DNA of 64,000 nucleotides from an uncultured Gemmatimonadales bacterium. GTDB lineage: Bacteria > Gemmatimonadota > Gemmatimonadetes > Gemmatimonadales > GWC2-71-9. Within the stretch, counting starts at the first letter, position 1; each line of letters opens with the position of its first letter. The stretch covers positions 288,001 through 352,000 of the forward strand of contig CAVVKJ010000005.1 in assembly GCA_963748815.1 (NCBI GenBank), given 5' to 3'. Made by a program: the position numbers and the translations under genes. The notes under the pieces are model-generated. The model worked only from the letters and a program-made list of their open reading frames with translations. It did not search any database and was not told where the DNA came from. Positions 18,208 to 27,357 of the stretch are shown one piece after another.

Positions 18208-18265
18208 ACCCCGGCTTGTGCCGGGGTGACGGCTTGTGCCGGGGTGACGGCTTGCGCCGGGGTGG
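18208..18265. repeat. 18-bp tandem repeat x3 derived from a palindrome
   Basis: CGGCTTGTGCCGGGGTGA x2 plus CGGCTTGCGCCGGGGTGG; the first unit completes ACCCCGGC-TTGT-GCCGGGGT. Confidence 0.8.
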
Positions 18266-18300
18266 CGGCCGTCGCATCTGCTTCCCCGCTTCCCCGCTTC

Positions 18301-20258
<1,958 letters not shown>

Positions 20259-20405
20259 GCGGAGAATTCCTCCGGTCGGGTCGGGTCCGTGCCGGTCGGC
20301 GGCCCTTGCAGGCCAGCCGCCGGGCGGGCGGAGTGCGGGAGACGCGGGCGCTGAAAGCCCTTGCAGTCTCGGTCCAAGCGACGGATTGACAACGCGTTAG
20401 ATCGA

Positions 20406-20420
20406 TGGCACCAATTTCGC
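20406..20420 (+). promoter_or_regulatory. possible sigma-54 promoter; a TTGACA hexamer also lies at 20386-20391
   Basis: TGGCACCAATTTCGC has GG-N10-GC spacing and one mismatch to TGGCAC-N5-TTGC. Confidence 0.35.
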
Positions 20421-20468
20421 CTTTTCCAGCGGCGGGAGGCATCTTGCCCCCCGGAACAATACAACTGA

Positions 20469-20562
20469 TCCGCCCGATAATAGCACACCCGGAGCGATCC
20501 GGGGCCGCAAAACTGGAGGTCTCATCCGAAGTCGGATGAGATAGCTCGGTGCCGAAGGTGGA
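20469..20562 (+). ncRNA. GEMM-I (c-di-GMP-I class) riboswitch aptamer, A20 variant predicted to bind 3',3'-cGAMP
   Basis: P1 TCCGCC/GGTGGA; J1/2 CGATAATA; P2 GC-ACA-CCCGGA-GCGA-TCCGGG-GCC-GC; AAA junction; P3 ACTGGAG-GTCTCATCCGA/TCGGATGAGAT-AG-CTCGGT; 3' GCCGAA. Confidence 0.85.
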
Positions 20563-20579
20563 ATGCACACGACTCGATG

Positions 20580-20630
20580 AGCGTGGCGTTTCGGCCGGTT
20601 GGCGTGGCGAAACGACCACGCTTTGCTTAT
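20580..20630 (+). terminator. putative intrinsic terminator / riboswitch expression platform
   Basis: AGCGTGG-CGTTTCG...CGAAACG-A-CCACGCT stem followed by TTGCTTAT, between the aptamer and the STAS RBS. Confidence 0.6.
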
Positions 20631-20652
20631 GTCGGGCCAGGGAGAACACCGC

Positions 20653-20967
20653 ATGGTGCCCGACACCCAGACCGTCCGAGAACTGACCGCGCCGCCGTCG
20701 CTCGGACTTGAAACCCGCGCCACTTTCCGCCAGGCCGCCGTCGGCGTCCTCGAGGAGATGCCCGAAGGGGAGAGCCGCCTGGTCATCGACCTGGCTGGCA
20801 CGCGCCACGTGGATTCGGCCGGCCTCGGCGCCCTGATGCTGGTGCAGCGACGCGCCGGCGAGCGGCGTCAGCGGGTGACCCTCCGCTCGGCGAGCGAGGA
20901 ACTTCGGTTCCTCCTCATGCTCACCAAGCTGGAGGACCTCTTCGAACTGGAACCGAAGCAGGTGTAG
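20653..20967 (+). CDS. STAS domain protein (anti-sigma factor antagonist)
   Basis: GGAGA RBS; LVIDLAGTRHVDSAGLGALM with the phosphorylatable Ser motif DSAG. Confidence 0.9.
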   Translation: MVPDTQTVRELTAPPSLGLETRATFRQAAVGVLEEMPEGESRLVIDLAGTRHVDSAGLGALMLVQRRAGERRQRVTLRSASEELRFLLMLTKLEDLFELEPKQV

Positions 20968-21024
20968 TCTTATACTCCGTGGACGCCCGCCGCTCCGGCA
21001 GGCGATCCGTGCCTTCCGGGCGGG

Positions 21025-21396
21025 GTGATGACCGAACCGCGTGCACCACGCCGGGTGTTGTTCATCGAAGATGAGCCCGCCCTGCGCATCAGCTACGAAC
21101 GCTTCTTCCGGCCGCGCTACGCCATGGCGTTTGCGTCGTCGGGGGCGGAGGCGCTGGCCCGGGTCGCCGAGGGGCCGCTGGACGTCGTGGTGCTCGACAT
21201 GCGTCTCCCCGACACCGACGGCGTCGAGCTGCTCCGGCGCATCCGCGAAACCCATCCGGACATCCCCGTCATCATCACCACCGCCTACGTGAGCGTGGAG
21301 CCGCAGCTTCGCGTCCTCGACCTGGCGCACAGCGCCTACCTGATCAAGCCCTTCGACCTCGACGAACTCGGCGCCGCCATTGATCGAGCCGGCTGA
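21025..21396 (+). CDS. single-domain response regulator (REC)
   Basis: VLFIEDE, VVVLDMRLPDTDG, PVIITTAY, YLIKPFD. Confidence 0.92.
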   Translation: MMTEPRAPRRVLFIEDEPALRISYERFFRPRYAMAFASSGAEALARVAEGPLDVVVLDMRLPDTDGVELLRRIRETHPDIPVIITTAYVSVEPQLRVLDLAHSAYLIKPFDLDELGAAIDRAG

Positions 21397-22099
21397 CGCA
21401 CCCCTCCTGGCGGCGCGCGGCCTGGTGCGCGCCTTCGGGGCGTTGCAGGTCCTGCGCGGCGTGGATCTCGAGGTGCGGCGCGGCGAAATGCTGGCGGTCG
21501 CCGGCTCGAACGGCGCCGGCAAGACGACGCTGCTCCGGCTCCTGGCGGGGCTCATGCGCCCCAGCGCTGGCGAGGTGCACATCCACGGCCGGCGGCTGAC
21601 CCGCGACGACCCGGCGCCCCGGCGCGCCATCGGGCTCCTGTCGCACCACACCTTTCTCTACGACGACCTCACCCCGGCGGAAAACCTCCTCTTCACGGCC
21701 AAGCTGTACGGCCTCCCCGACGCCGCGGCCGCCACCCGTACGGCGCTCGACGAAGTCGGGCTTTCCGCGCGCGCCAACACCCCCGTGCGCCACCTGAGCC
21801 GGGGCCTCCTGCAGCGCGCCGCGATTGCCCGCGCGCTGCTGCACCAGCCCGACGTCATCCTCCTCGACGAGCCGTTCACCGGGCTCGACGCGCCGTCCGC
21901 CGACCGATTCCGGGGGCTGCTGGCGTCGCAACTGGCCCGGGGCCGGGCGCTGGTGCTGGTCAGCCACCATCTTGCCGAGGCGTGGGAACTGGCGACCCAC
22001 GTGGCGGTGCTGGCCGGCGGTCGCTGGGCGCTCGAGGGCGAGCGCCCCGCCGACCTCGCGGCCTTTCACGCGCGCTACGCTGAGTTGGTCCATGGTTGA
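21380..22099 (+). CDS. ccmA: heme ABC exporter ATP-binding protein CcmA
   Basis: GSNGAGKTT, LYDDLTPAENL, LSRGLLQR, LLDEPFTGLD; lies upstream of ccmB/C. Confidence 0.88.
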   Translation: MIEPADAPLLAARGLVRAFGALQVLRGVDLEVRRGEMLAVAGSNGAGKTTLLRLLAGLMRPSAGEVHIHGRRLTRDDPAPRRAIGLLSHHTFLYDDLTPAENLLFTAKLYGLPDAAAATRTALDEVGLSARANTPVRHLSRGLLQRAAIARALLHQPDVILLDEPFTGLDAPSADRFRGLLASQLARGRALVLVSHHLAEAWELATHVAVLAGGRWALEGERPADLAAFHARYAELVHG

Positions 22100-22772
22100 G
22101 TTCATGCGCCTGGCCTTCGCGATCGCCGGCAAGGACATCCGGCTCGAGCTGCGCAGCCGCACCGCGCTGCTCTCGGCCATCGTCTTTTCCGCCCTGGTGC
22201 TGGTGGTCTTCAACTTCGCGCGCGATCCCACCGCGCTGGCCGCCGTGGATCTCGCGCCGAGTGTCCTCTGGGTCACCTTCGCCTTCGGGGCGGTCATCGC
22301 GCTCAACCGCGCCTTCTACGTGGAGCGCGAAAACGCCGCGCTCGATGGCATCCTCCTCGCGCCGGTGCCGCGGAGCGCGCTTTATGTCGGCAAGCTGCTC
22401 GCCAACCTGGCGTTCGTGGGTGTGGTGGAGGCGGTGGCGCTGCCCCTCTTCGTGCTGTTCTTCAACGTCTCCCTGGGGCATGCCCTTCCCGGCATTCTCG
22501 GCGTCACCGCGCTCGCCACGATCGGCTTCGTGGCGGTCGGCACCATTTTCAGCGCCATGGTGGTGCGGACCCGCTTTGCTGAACTGATGCTCCCGGTGCT
22601 GCTCCTGCCGTTCATGGTCCCGCCGCTGGTCGGCGCGGTCCAGGTGACGGCCAAGCTCCTGGCGGGCCGCCCGTTGAGCGAGATGATGGGCTGGCTTAGG
22701 TTACTGACGCTCTATGATGTCGGCTTCGTGACCCTCTGTATCCTCGTCTTTCCGGCGGTCGTCGACGAATGA
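22092..22772 (+). CDS. ccmB: heme exporter protein CcmB
   Basis: KDIRLELRSR, ERENAALDGILLAP, LMLPVLLLPFMVP. Confidence 0.9.
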   Translation: MVEFMRLAFAIAGKDIRLELRSRTALLSAIVFSALVLVVFNFARDPTALAAVDLAPSVLWVTFAFGAVIALNRAFYVERENAALDGILLAPVPRSALYVGKLLANLAFVGVVEAVALPLFVLFFNVSLGHALPGILGVTALATIGFVAVGTIFSAMVVRTRFAELMLPVLLLPFMVPPLVGAVQVTAKLLAGRPLSEMMGWLRLLTLYDVGFVTLCILVFPAVVDE

Positions 22773-23470
22773 CACCCGAACTCCTTGCTGCCACCCGCAT
22801 CGTCCGCCGAGGCCAGGTGCTCACGGCCCTCGGCCTGCTCGCGGCCGCGGTCGTCTATGTCATTGCGCTCTGCTACACCCCGGTGGAGGTGCGGCAGGGA
22901 CTCGCGCAGAAGATCTTCTACGTGCACGCGCCGGCGGCGTGGGGTGCCCTCGTGGCCTTCGCCGTCGTCGGCATCGTGAGCATCCTCTACCTCTGGCTGC
23001 AGGACGAGCGGCTCGACCTCTTCGCGGCCAGCTCGGCGGAGGTCGGCATCGCCTTTTCCCTCGTGATGCTGACGACCGGCCCGATCTGGGGCAAGACCGT
23101 CTGGGGCACCTGGTGGACCTGGGACGCGCGCCTGACCCTGACCCTCTTCCTCTTCTTCCTGTTCATCGGGTACCTCGCGCTGCGGGCGGCGGTGCAGGAC
23201 CGCGGCGAACGCGCGCGGTTCAGCGCGGTGGTCGGGATCATGGGCCTGGTGCTCGTGCCGTTCATCCACCTGAGCGTCTACCTCTTCCGGACCCTGCATC
23301 CCCAGCCCGTGCTCCTGAAGCCGAGCGCGCCGTCGATGCCGCCGGAAATGCTGCGCGCGCTGCTCTCGGGGATGGCCGCATTCACGATCCTCTACATCGG
23401 GTTCGTCGTCCTGCGCTACGGATTGGCGCGGCTGGACAACCTGCGGGAAGGAGCCGGCGATGCCTTTTGA
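22769..23470 (+). CDS. ccmC: heme exporter/chaperone CcmC
   Basis: IFYVHAPAAW and WWD motif TGPIWGKTVWGTWWTWDARLT, plus FRTLHP. Confidence 0.93.
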   Translation: MTPELLAATRIVRRGQVLTALGLLAAAVVYVIALCYTPVEVRQGLAQKIFYVHAPAAWGALVAFAVVGIVSILYLWLQDERLDLFAASSAEVGIAFSLVMLTTGPIWGKTVWGTWWTWDARLTLTLFLFFLFIGYLALRAAVQDRGERARFSAVVGIMGLVLVPFIHLSVYLFRTLHPQPVLLKPSAPSMPPEMLRALLSGMAAFTILYIGFVVLRYGLARLDNLREGAGDAF

Positions 23471-23615
23471 CACTCCGCAGAACGGCGGATTCCTGGCCGC
23501 CGCCTACATCGTGGCGGCGGTGATTTATGTCGCATACGCGACCAGTCTCTTCCTGCGCGCGCGTCGGGCCATGCGACAGGCGGGGCAGGGGGGCAGCGGG
23601 GCAGCGGGGCCGTAG
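23460..23615 (+). CDS. ccmD: CcmD-like small membrane protein (51 aa, absent from ORF track)
   Basis: MPFDTPQNGGFLAAAYIVAAVIYVAYATSLFLRARRAMRQAGQGGSGAAGP*; AAGGAG RBS; overlaps ccmC end; AAY-hydrophobic helix followed by a basic tail. Confidence 0.75.
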   Translation: MPFDTPQNGGFLAAAYIVAAVIYVAYATSLFLRARRAMRQAGQGGSGAAGP

Positions 23616-23653
23616 GGGCGCGACGAAATCCGCGCAGCGTCACAGGCACTCAA

Positions 23654-23689
23654 CAAACGGTCCCCCGGTCAAAACCGGGGGACCGTTTG
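23654..23689. terminator. bidirectional terminator hairpin
   Basis: CAAACGGTCCCCCGGT-CAAA-ACCGGGGGACCGTTTG, a 16-bp perfect stem between convergent operons. Confidence 0.85.
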
Positions 23690-23717
23690 CATCGAGACCA
23701 GCGGGACCGCGACGTCG

Positions 23718-24398
23718 TCAGTCGGTCGCCTTCGCGAACAGCACCTTTTCCCAGAGGAACGCCGCCACGAGCGCCCCGAGGATCGGGCCGACCCAGTAGA
23801 CGCCCTGGCTGATCCACTGCCCGGAGACGAGGGCCGGGCCGAAGGCGCGCGCCGGATTCAGGGCGGCGCCGGTGAGCGACCCGCCGAAGAGGATGCCGAG
23901 GAAGAGGGTGAGCCCGATCCCGAAGCCCGCCACCTTCGGGGCCTCCGCCGAGACGGCGGTGCCGAGGACGGCGCTCATCAGGAAGAAGGTCAGGATCGCC
24001 TCGATGAGGATGGCCTGCCCGAGGGTGATGTTGGCGGCGATGGCGGGAGTCCCCAACGCGAGCACCTTGGTCACGCCGCCGGGAAGGAGCGACTTGAGCA
24101 CCAGCGCGGCAAGGGCGGCGCCGATGAGCTGCGCCACGACGTACAGCGCCGCCGACTTGGCGTCGATGCGCCGGATGGCCAGCATGCCGGCCGTCACCGC
24201 GGGGTTGAGGTGGCCACCGGAAATGTTCATCGTGGCGGTGACGCCGATGGCGAGCGCGATGCCGTGGGCGAACGCGATCCCGAGGAGGCCGAAGTCGGCT
24301 TTCGGGAAGTTGGTCGTCATCACGGCGCCGGCGCCGAAGAAGACGAGCATGAATGTGCCGAAGGATTCGGCGACCAGCCGACGGGACAAAGGATGCAT
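23718..24398 (-). CDS. MIP family channel (aquaporin-like)
   Basis: SGGHLNPAVT and ALNPARAFGP NPA motifs. Confidence 0.95.
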   Translation of the reverse strand: MHPLSRRLVAESFGTFMLVFFGAGAVMTTNFPKADFGLLGIAFAHGIALAIGVTATMNISGGHLNPAVTAGMLAIRRIDAKSAALYVVAQLIGAALAALVLKSLLPGGVTKVLALGTPAIAANITLGQAILIEAILTFFLMSAVLGTAVSAEAPKVAGFGIGLTLFLGILFGGSLTGAALNPARAFGPALVSGQWISQGVYWVGPILGALVAAFLWEKVLFAKATD

Positions 24399-24451
24399 CC
24401 TGCTACCTCGCGTATCGGGGAAGAGGGCCGTCCAGATGGCGGCGAATGTAA

Positions 24452-25696
24452 TCAGTCGATGCGGCGGAGCACCAGCGCGGCGTTGATGCCGCCGAACCCG
24501 AACGAATTGCTGAGCAGGTAGTCCGGCGCCGCGGTCCGGCCGCCCGTGGCAAGATAGTCGAGGTCGCAGGCGGGGTCGGGGTCCCGGAGGTTCAGCGTCG
24601 GCGGGAGCCAGCCGCGGTGGCTCGCCAGGGCGCAGATGGCCGCCTCGATGGCGCCGCTCGCGCCCAGCGCATGGCCGTAGTACCCCTTGGTGCCGCTGAT
24701 GGCCAGCCGCCCGGCGTGCTCGCCGAATACCTGCTTCAGCGCCCCGGTCTCGGTGGAGTCGTTCAGCGGCGTCGAGGAGCCGTGGGCGTTCACATAGCCG
24801 ATGCTCGCGGGCGCCACCCGGGCTTCCGCCAGCGCCAGGCGCATGGCGCGCGCCGCCTGCGCACCGTCGGCTCGGGGGGCGGTCATGTGGTAGGCGTCGT
24901 TCGTCAGCCCGTAGCCGCAGAGTTCCGCGTAGATCCGCGCGCCCCGCGCGAGCGCGTGCGCGCGTTCCTCCAGCACCAGCACCGCCGCCCCCTCGCCCAT
25001 CACGAAGCCGTCTCGCCCGGCGTCGAAGGGCCGGCTGGCGGTGCCGGGGTCGTCGTTCCGGGTGGACATGGCGCGGATGATGGCGAACGCTCCGAAGCTG
25101 AGGGGGGCGAGCGGCGCCTCGGCGCCGCCGGCGATCATGACGTCGGCGTCGCCCCGCATGATGGCGCGGAAGCCGTCGCCGATCGCGATGGTCCCCGAAG
25201 CGCAGCTCATCCCGTTGGTGCTGTTGGGTCCCGTCACGCCGAAGGTGATCGCCACGTTGCAGCTGGCCGCGCCCGCAAAGACCATCAGCGCCAGCCCGGG
25301 ATCCACCGCCCGGATCCCCCCGTCGACGTAGCGCGCGTGCTCCCCCTCCGCCATTCCGATTCCGCCGAGGGCGGTGCCCATCATGACCCCGACCCGGTCG
25401 CGGTCCTCCCGCGCCAGGTCGAGTTCGGCGTCGGCCACGGCCATCCGGCTCGCCGCCACGCTGAACTGGCCGAAGCGGTCGATGCGCCGCGCCTTCCGCT
25501 CCTCGATATGGTCGGTGGCGTGGAAGTCGTCCACCTGCGCGGCAATCCGCGTGCGGAACGGCGCGGGATCGAACCGGGTGATGGTTCGCACCGCCGACTC
25601 GCCCCGCTGCAGCCCCGCCCAGAGTCCCTCGACCCCGATGCCGATCGGCGTGATGGCGCCGATGCCGGTGATGACCACCCGCCGCGCGTCAGCCAC
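24452..25696 (-). CDS. beta-ketoacyl-ACP synthase II family ketosynthase (FabF-like)
   Basis: RRVVITGIG, catalytic Cys in MSCASG, NAHGSST, GHALGASG, SNSFGFGG. Confidence 0.92.
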   Translation of the reverse strand: MADARRVVITGIGAITPIGIGVEGLWAGLQRGESAVRTITRFDPAPFRTRIAAQVDDFHATDHIEERKARRIDRFGQFSVAASRMAVADAELDLAREDRDRVGVMMGTALGGIGMAEGEHARYVDGGIRAVDPGLALMVFAGAASCNVAITFGVTGPNSTNGMSCASGTIAIGDGFRAIMRGDADVMIAGGAEAPLAPLSFGAFAIIRAMSTRNDDPGTASRPFDAGRDGFVMGEGAAVLVLEERAHALARGARIYAELCGYGLTNDAYHMTAPRADGAQAARAMRLALAEARVAPASIGYVNAHGSSTPLNDSTETGALKQVFGEHAGRLAISGTKGYYGHALGASGAIEAAICALASHRGWLPPTLNLRDPDPACDLDYLATGGRTAAPDYLLSNSFGFGGINAALVLRRID

Positions 25697-26153
25697 GGGA
25701 CGACTCGACCGCGCGGGCGAGCCCCGCCAGCGTGCGTGACGCGATCCCGTGCACGAAGACCGGCCCGATGACCCACTCGGCGGCCGGCACCCGGATCAGC
25801 GGCCAGTTCGGTCCGTCCCATGTGTGCACGATTGTCACGTCCGTTTCCGCGGGCCCGCGTGGCGCCACGCTCCAGAGCACGTCCATTCCCCGGGTAATGC
25901 CGCGGACATGCCGGTACCGGACCTCGCGGCGGGCTGCGTCGATCCACATCTCCGATTCCCACCACACCGGCCAGCCCAGCGGACCGAAGGGGCGCACCGC
26001 GGCCATCTCGACCACCCCGCCGTCGGCGCGCCGGCCGTTGAAGCGTACCCAGCGATAGTGGGGCAGCCGCTCCGGCCATCGTTCGACATCAGCGGCGGCC
26101 TCGAACATCTGCGCGGCGGGGGCACGGACGATGGCGCGGTCCACCGTGCGCAT
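25689..26153 (-). CDS. SRPBCC / polyketide cyclase-aromatase family protein
   Basis: MRTVDRAIVRAPAAQMFEAAADVERWPERLPHY; ATG overlaps the methyltransferase stop (TGATG). Confidence 0.8.
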   Translation of the reverse strand: MRTVDRAIVRAPAAQMFEAAADVERWPERLPHYRWVRFNGRRADGGVVEMAAVRPFGPLGWPVWWESEMWIDAARREVRYRHVRGITRGMDVLWSVAPRGPAETDVTIVHTWDGPNWPLIRVPAAEWVIGPVFVHGIASRTLAGLARAVESSRG

Positions 26154-26872
26154 CAGCCCGTGCTCCAGTAGGCCACGACCCGGAAGCCGGGCCGACGGCA
26201 TACATGGGCCGAGTGGCCGGCACGGGCCACGAGCGCCGTCAACTCCCCGACGTCGTACCCCCGGCGCACCGAGGTGATCCCATCGGCCCGGGTCACCGCG
26301 TCGAAGCCGAGCAGCGCGCTGCCGATCCGGAAACTTGCGACCGCCAGTTCGGAACGCCGGAGGTCGGCCACCACCACGCCGATCCGCGCGAGCCGGCTCA
26401 CCGCACGGAACAGGTCGACCGCGGCGTCCGCCGCCAGGTGATGCGCCACCTGGCTGAGCAGGACGATGTCGACGGCGCCCGGGCGCACGGGCAGGTGCCC
26501 GGCGCAGCCGAGCAGGGTCGGGACCCCGCGCGCGGAGGCGAGTCGCGCCGCCACGGGGCTCCGCTCGAGGCCGAGAGCGCGCATCGACCGGCCGCGGCGT
26601 GCGGCGCGTTCCACTGCCGCCACCGGGAGGTCCCCCGCGCCGGTTCCGATGTCCAATAATGTCACGGGGTGGGCATGCCGTAGGGGCAAGGCATGCCTTG
26701 CCCCGACGGCACGCCGCAATAACTGGTCAATGCCCCACAGCGCGGCGGCGCGGCCGCCGAACCACCAGTTGGCGCGGGCGATGTTGCCCAGGGAACGCGC
26801 CACGACGGCGGGGTCGGCCCCGGGATCGTCGAGCAGCTCGGTGCCCAGCGGCGCCACGGCGGGGGCGGTCAC
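26153..26872 (-). CDS. SAM-dependent methyltransferase domain protein
   Basis: TELLDDP...ARANWWFGG, LLDIGTGAGD, SQVAHHL, DGITSVRRGY; GTGA overlap with the upstream gene. Confidence 0.85.
   Translation of the reverse strand: MTAPAVAPLGTELLDDPGADPAVVARSLGNIARANWWFGGRAAALWGIDQLLRRAVGARHALPLRHAHPVTLLDIGTGAGDLPVAAVERAARRGRSMRALGLERSPVAARLASARGVPTLLGCAGHLPVRPGAVDIVLLSQVAHHLAADAAVDLFRAVSRLARIGVVVADLRRSELAVASFRIGSALLGFDAVTRADGITSVRRGYDVGELTALVARAGHSAHVCRRPGFRVVAYWSTG
26676..26711. repeat. GTAG-family REP palindrome inside the methyltransferase CDS
   Basis: TGCCGTAGGGGCAAGGCATGCCTTGCCCCGACGGCA is palindromic with one mismatch and encodes AVGARHALPLRH. Confidence 0.75.
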
Positions 26873-27357
26873 CCGTGCTGGAGTCCGGTGTAGCCGCCGC
26901 GGAAGTACACCAGCGGCGCGCCATCGGTCGTGGCGCCGCGCACCACGCGGCCCACCACGATGGTGTGGTCGCCGCCGGGAAGGGTGGCGTGCGGCACGCA
27001 TTCGATCGAGGCGAGGACGCCGTCGAGCACCGGCTGGCCGCCCGGGGAGGTGTGGTATCCCACGCCGTCGAACCGGTGGAGGTGCTTCGTCGCGAAGCGT
27101 CGCGAGAGCGACTCCTGCGACGCCTCGAGGATGTTGATCACGAACCCCGGGGCGTCCAGCAGGCTCGCGTACAGCTCGGCGGCGTGGTCGATGCAGAGCG
27201 ACACCAGCGGCGGGTCGAGCGACACCGACGCCAGGCTGTTGGCGGTCATCCCGGCCGGCTCGCCATCGGGCAAGGTCAGTGTGACGATGGTGACGCCGGT
27301 GGCGAAGCGGCCGAGCAGCTGGCGGAAGTCGGCGGGGTCGAGGTCGGGCCGGCTCAT
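26869..27357 (-). CDS. flavin reductase family protein (HpaC/RutF-like)
   Basis: FRQLLGRFATGVTIVT, GMTANSLASVSLDPPLV, GGDHTIVVG, PLVYFRGGY. Confidence 0.93.
   Translation of the reverse strand: MSRPDLDPADFRQLLGRFATGVTIVTLTLPDGEPAGMTANSLASVSLDPPLVSLCIDHAAELYASLLDAPGFVINILEASQESLSRRFATKHLHRFDGVGYHTSPGGQPVLDGVLASIECVPHATLPGGDHTIVVGRVVRGATTDGAPLVYFRGGYTGLQHG

Noticed and set aside
18208..18265. Possible mini CRISPR array
   Set aside because: Repeats are directly adjacent with no spacers, only 18 bp long, and no cas genes are present.
24452..26153. Classical type II aromatic PKS (KS-alpha/CLF/ACP)
   Set aside because: Only one KS is present, with no chain-length factor or ACP in the operon; kept as an atypical cluster instead.
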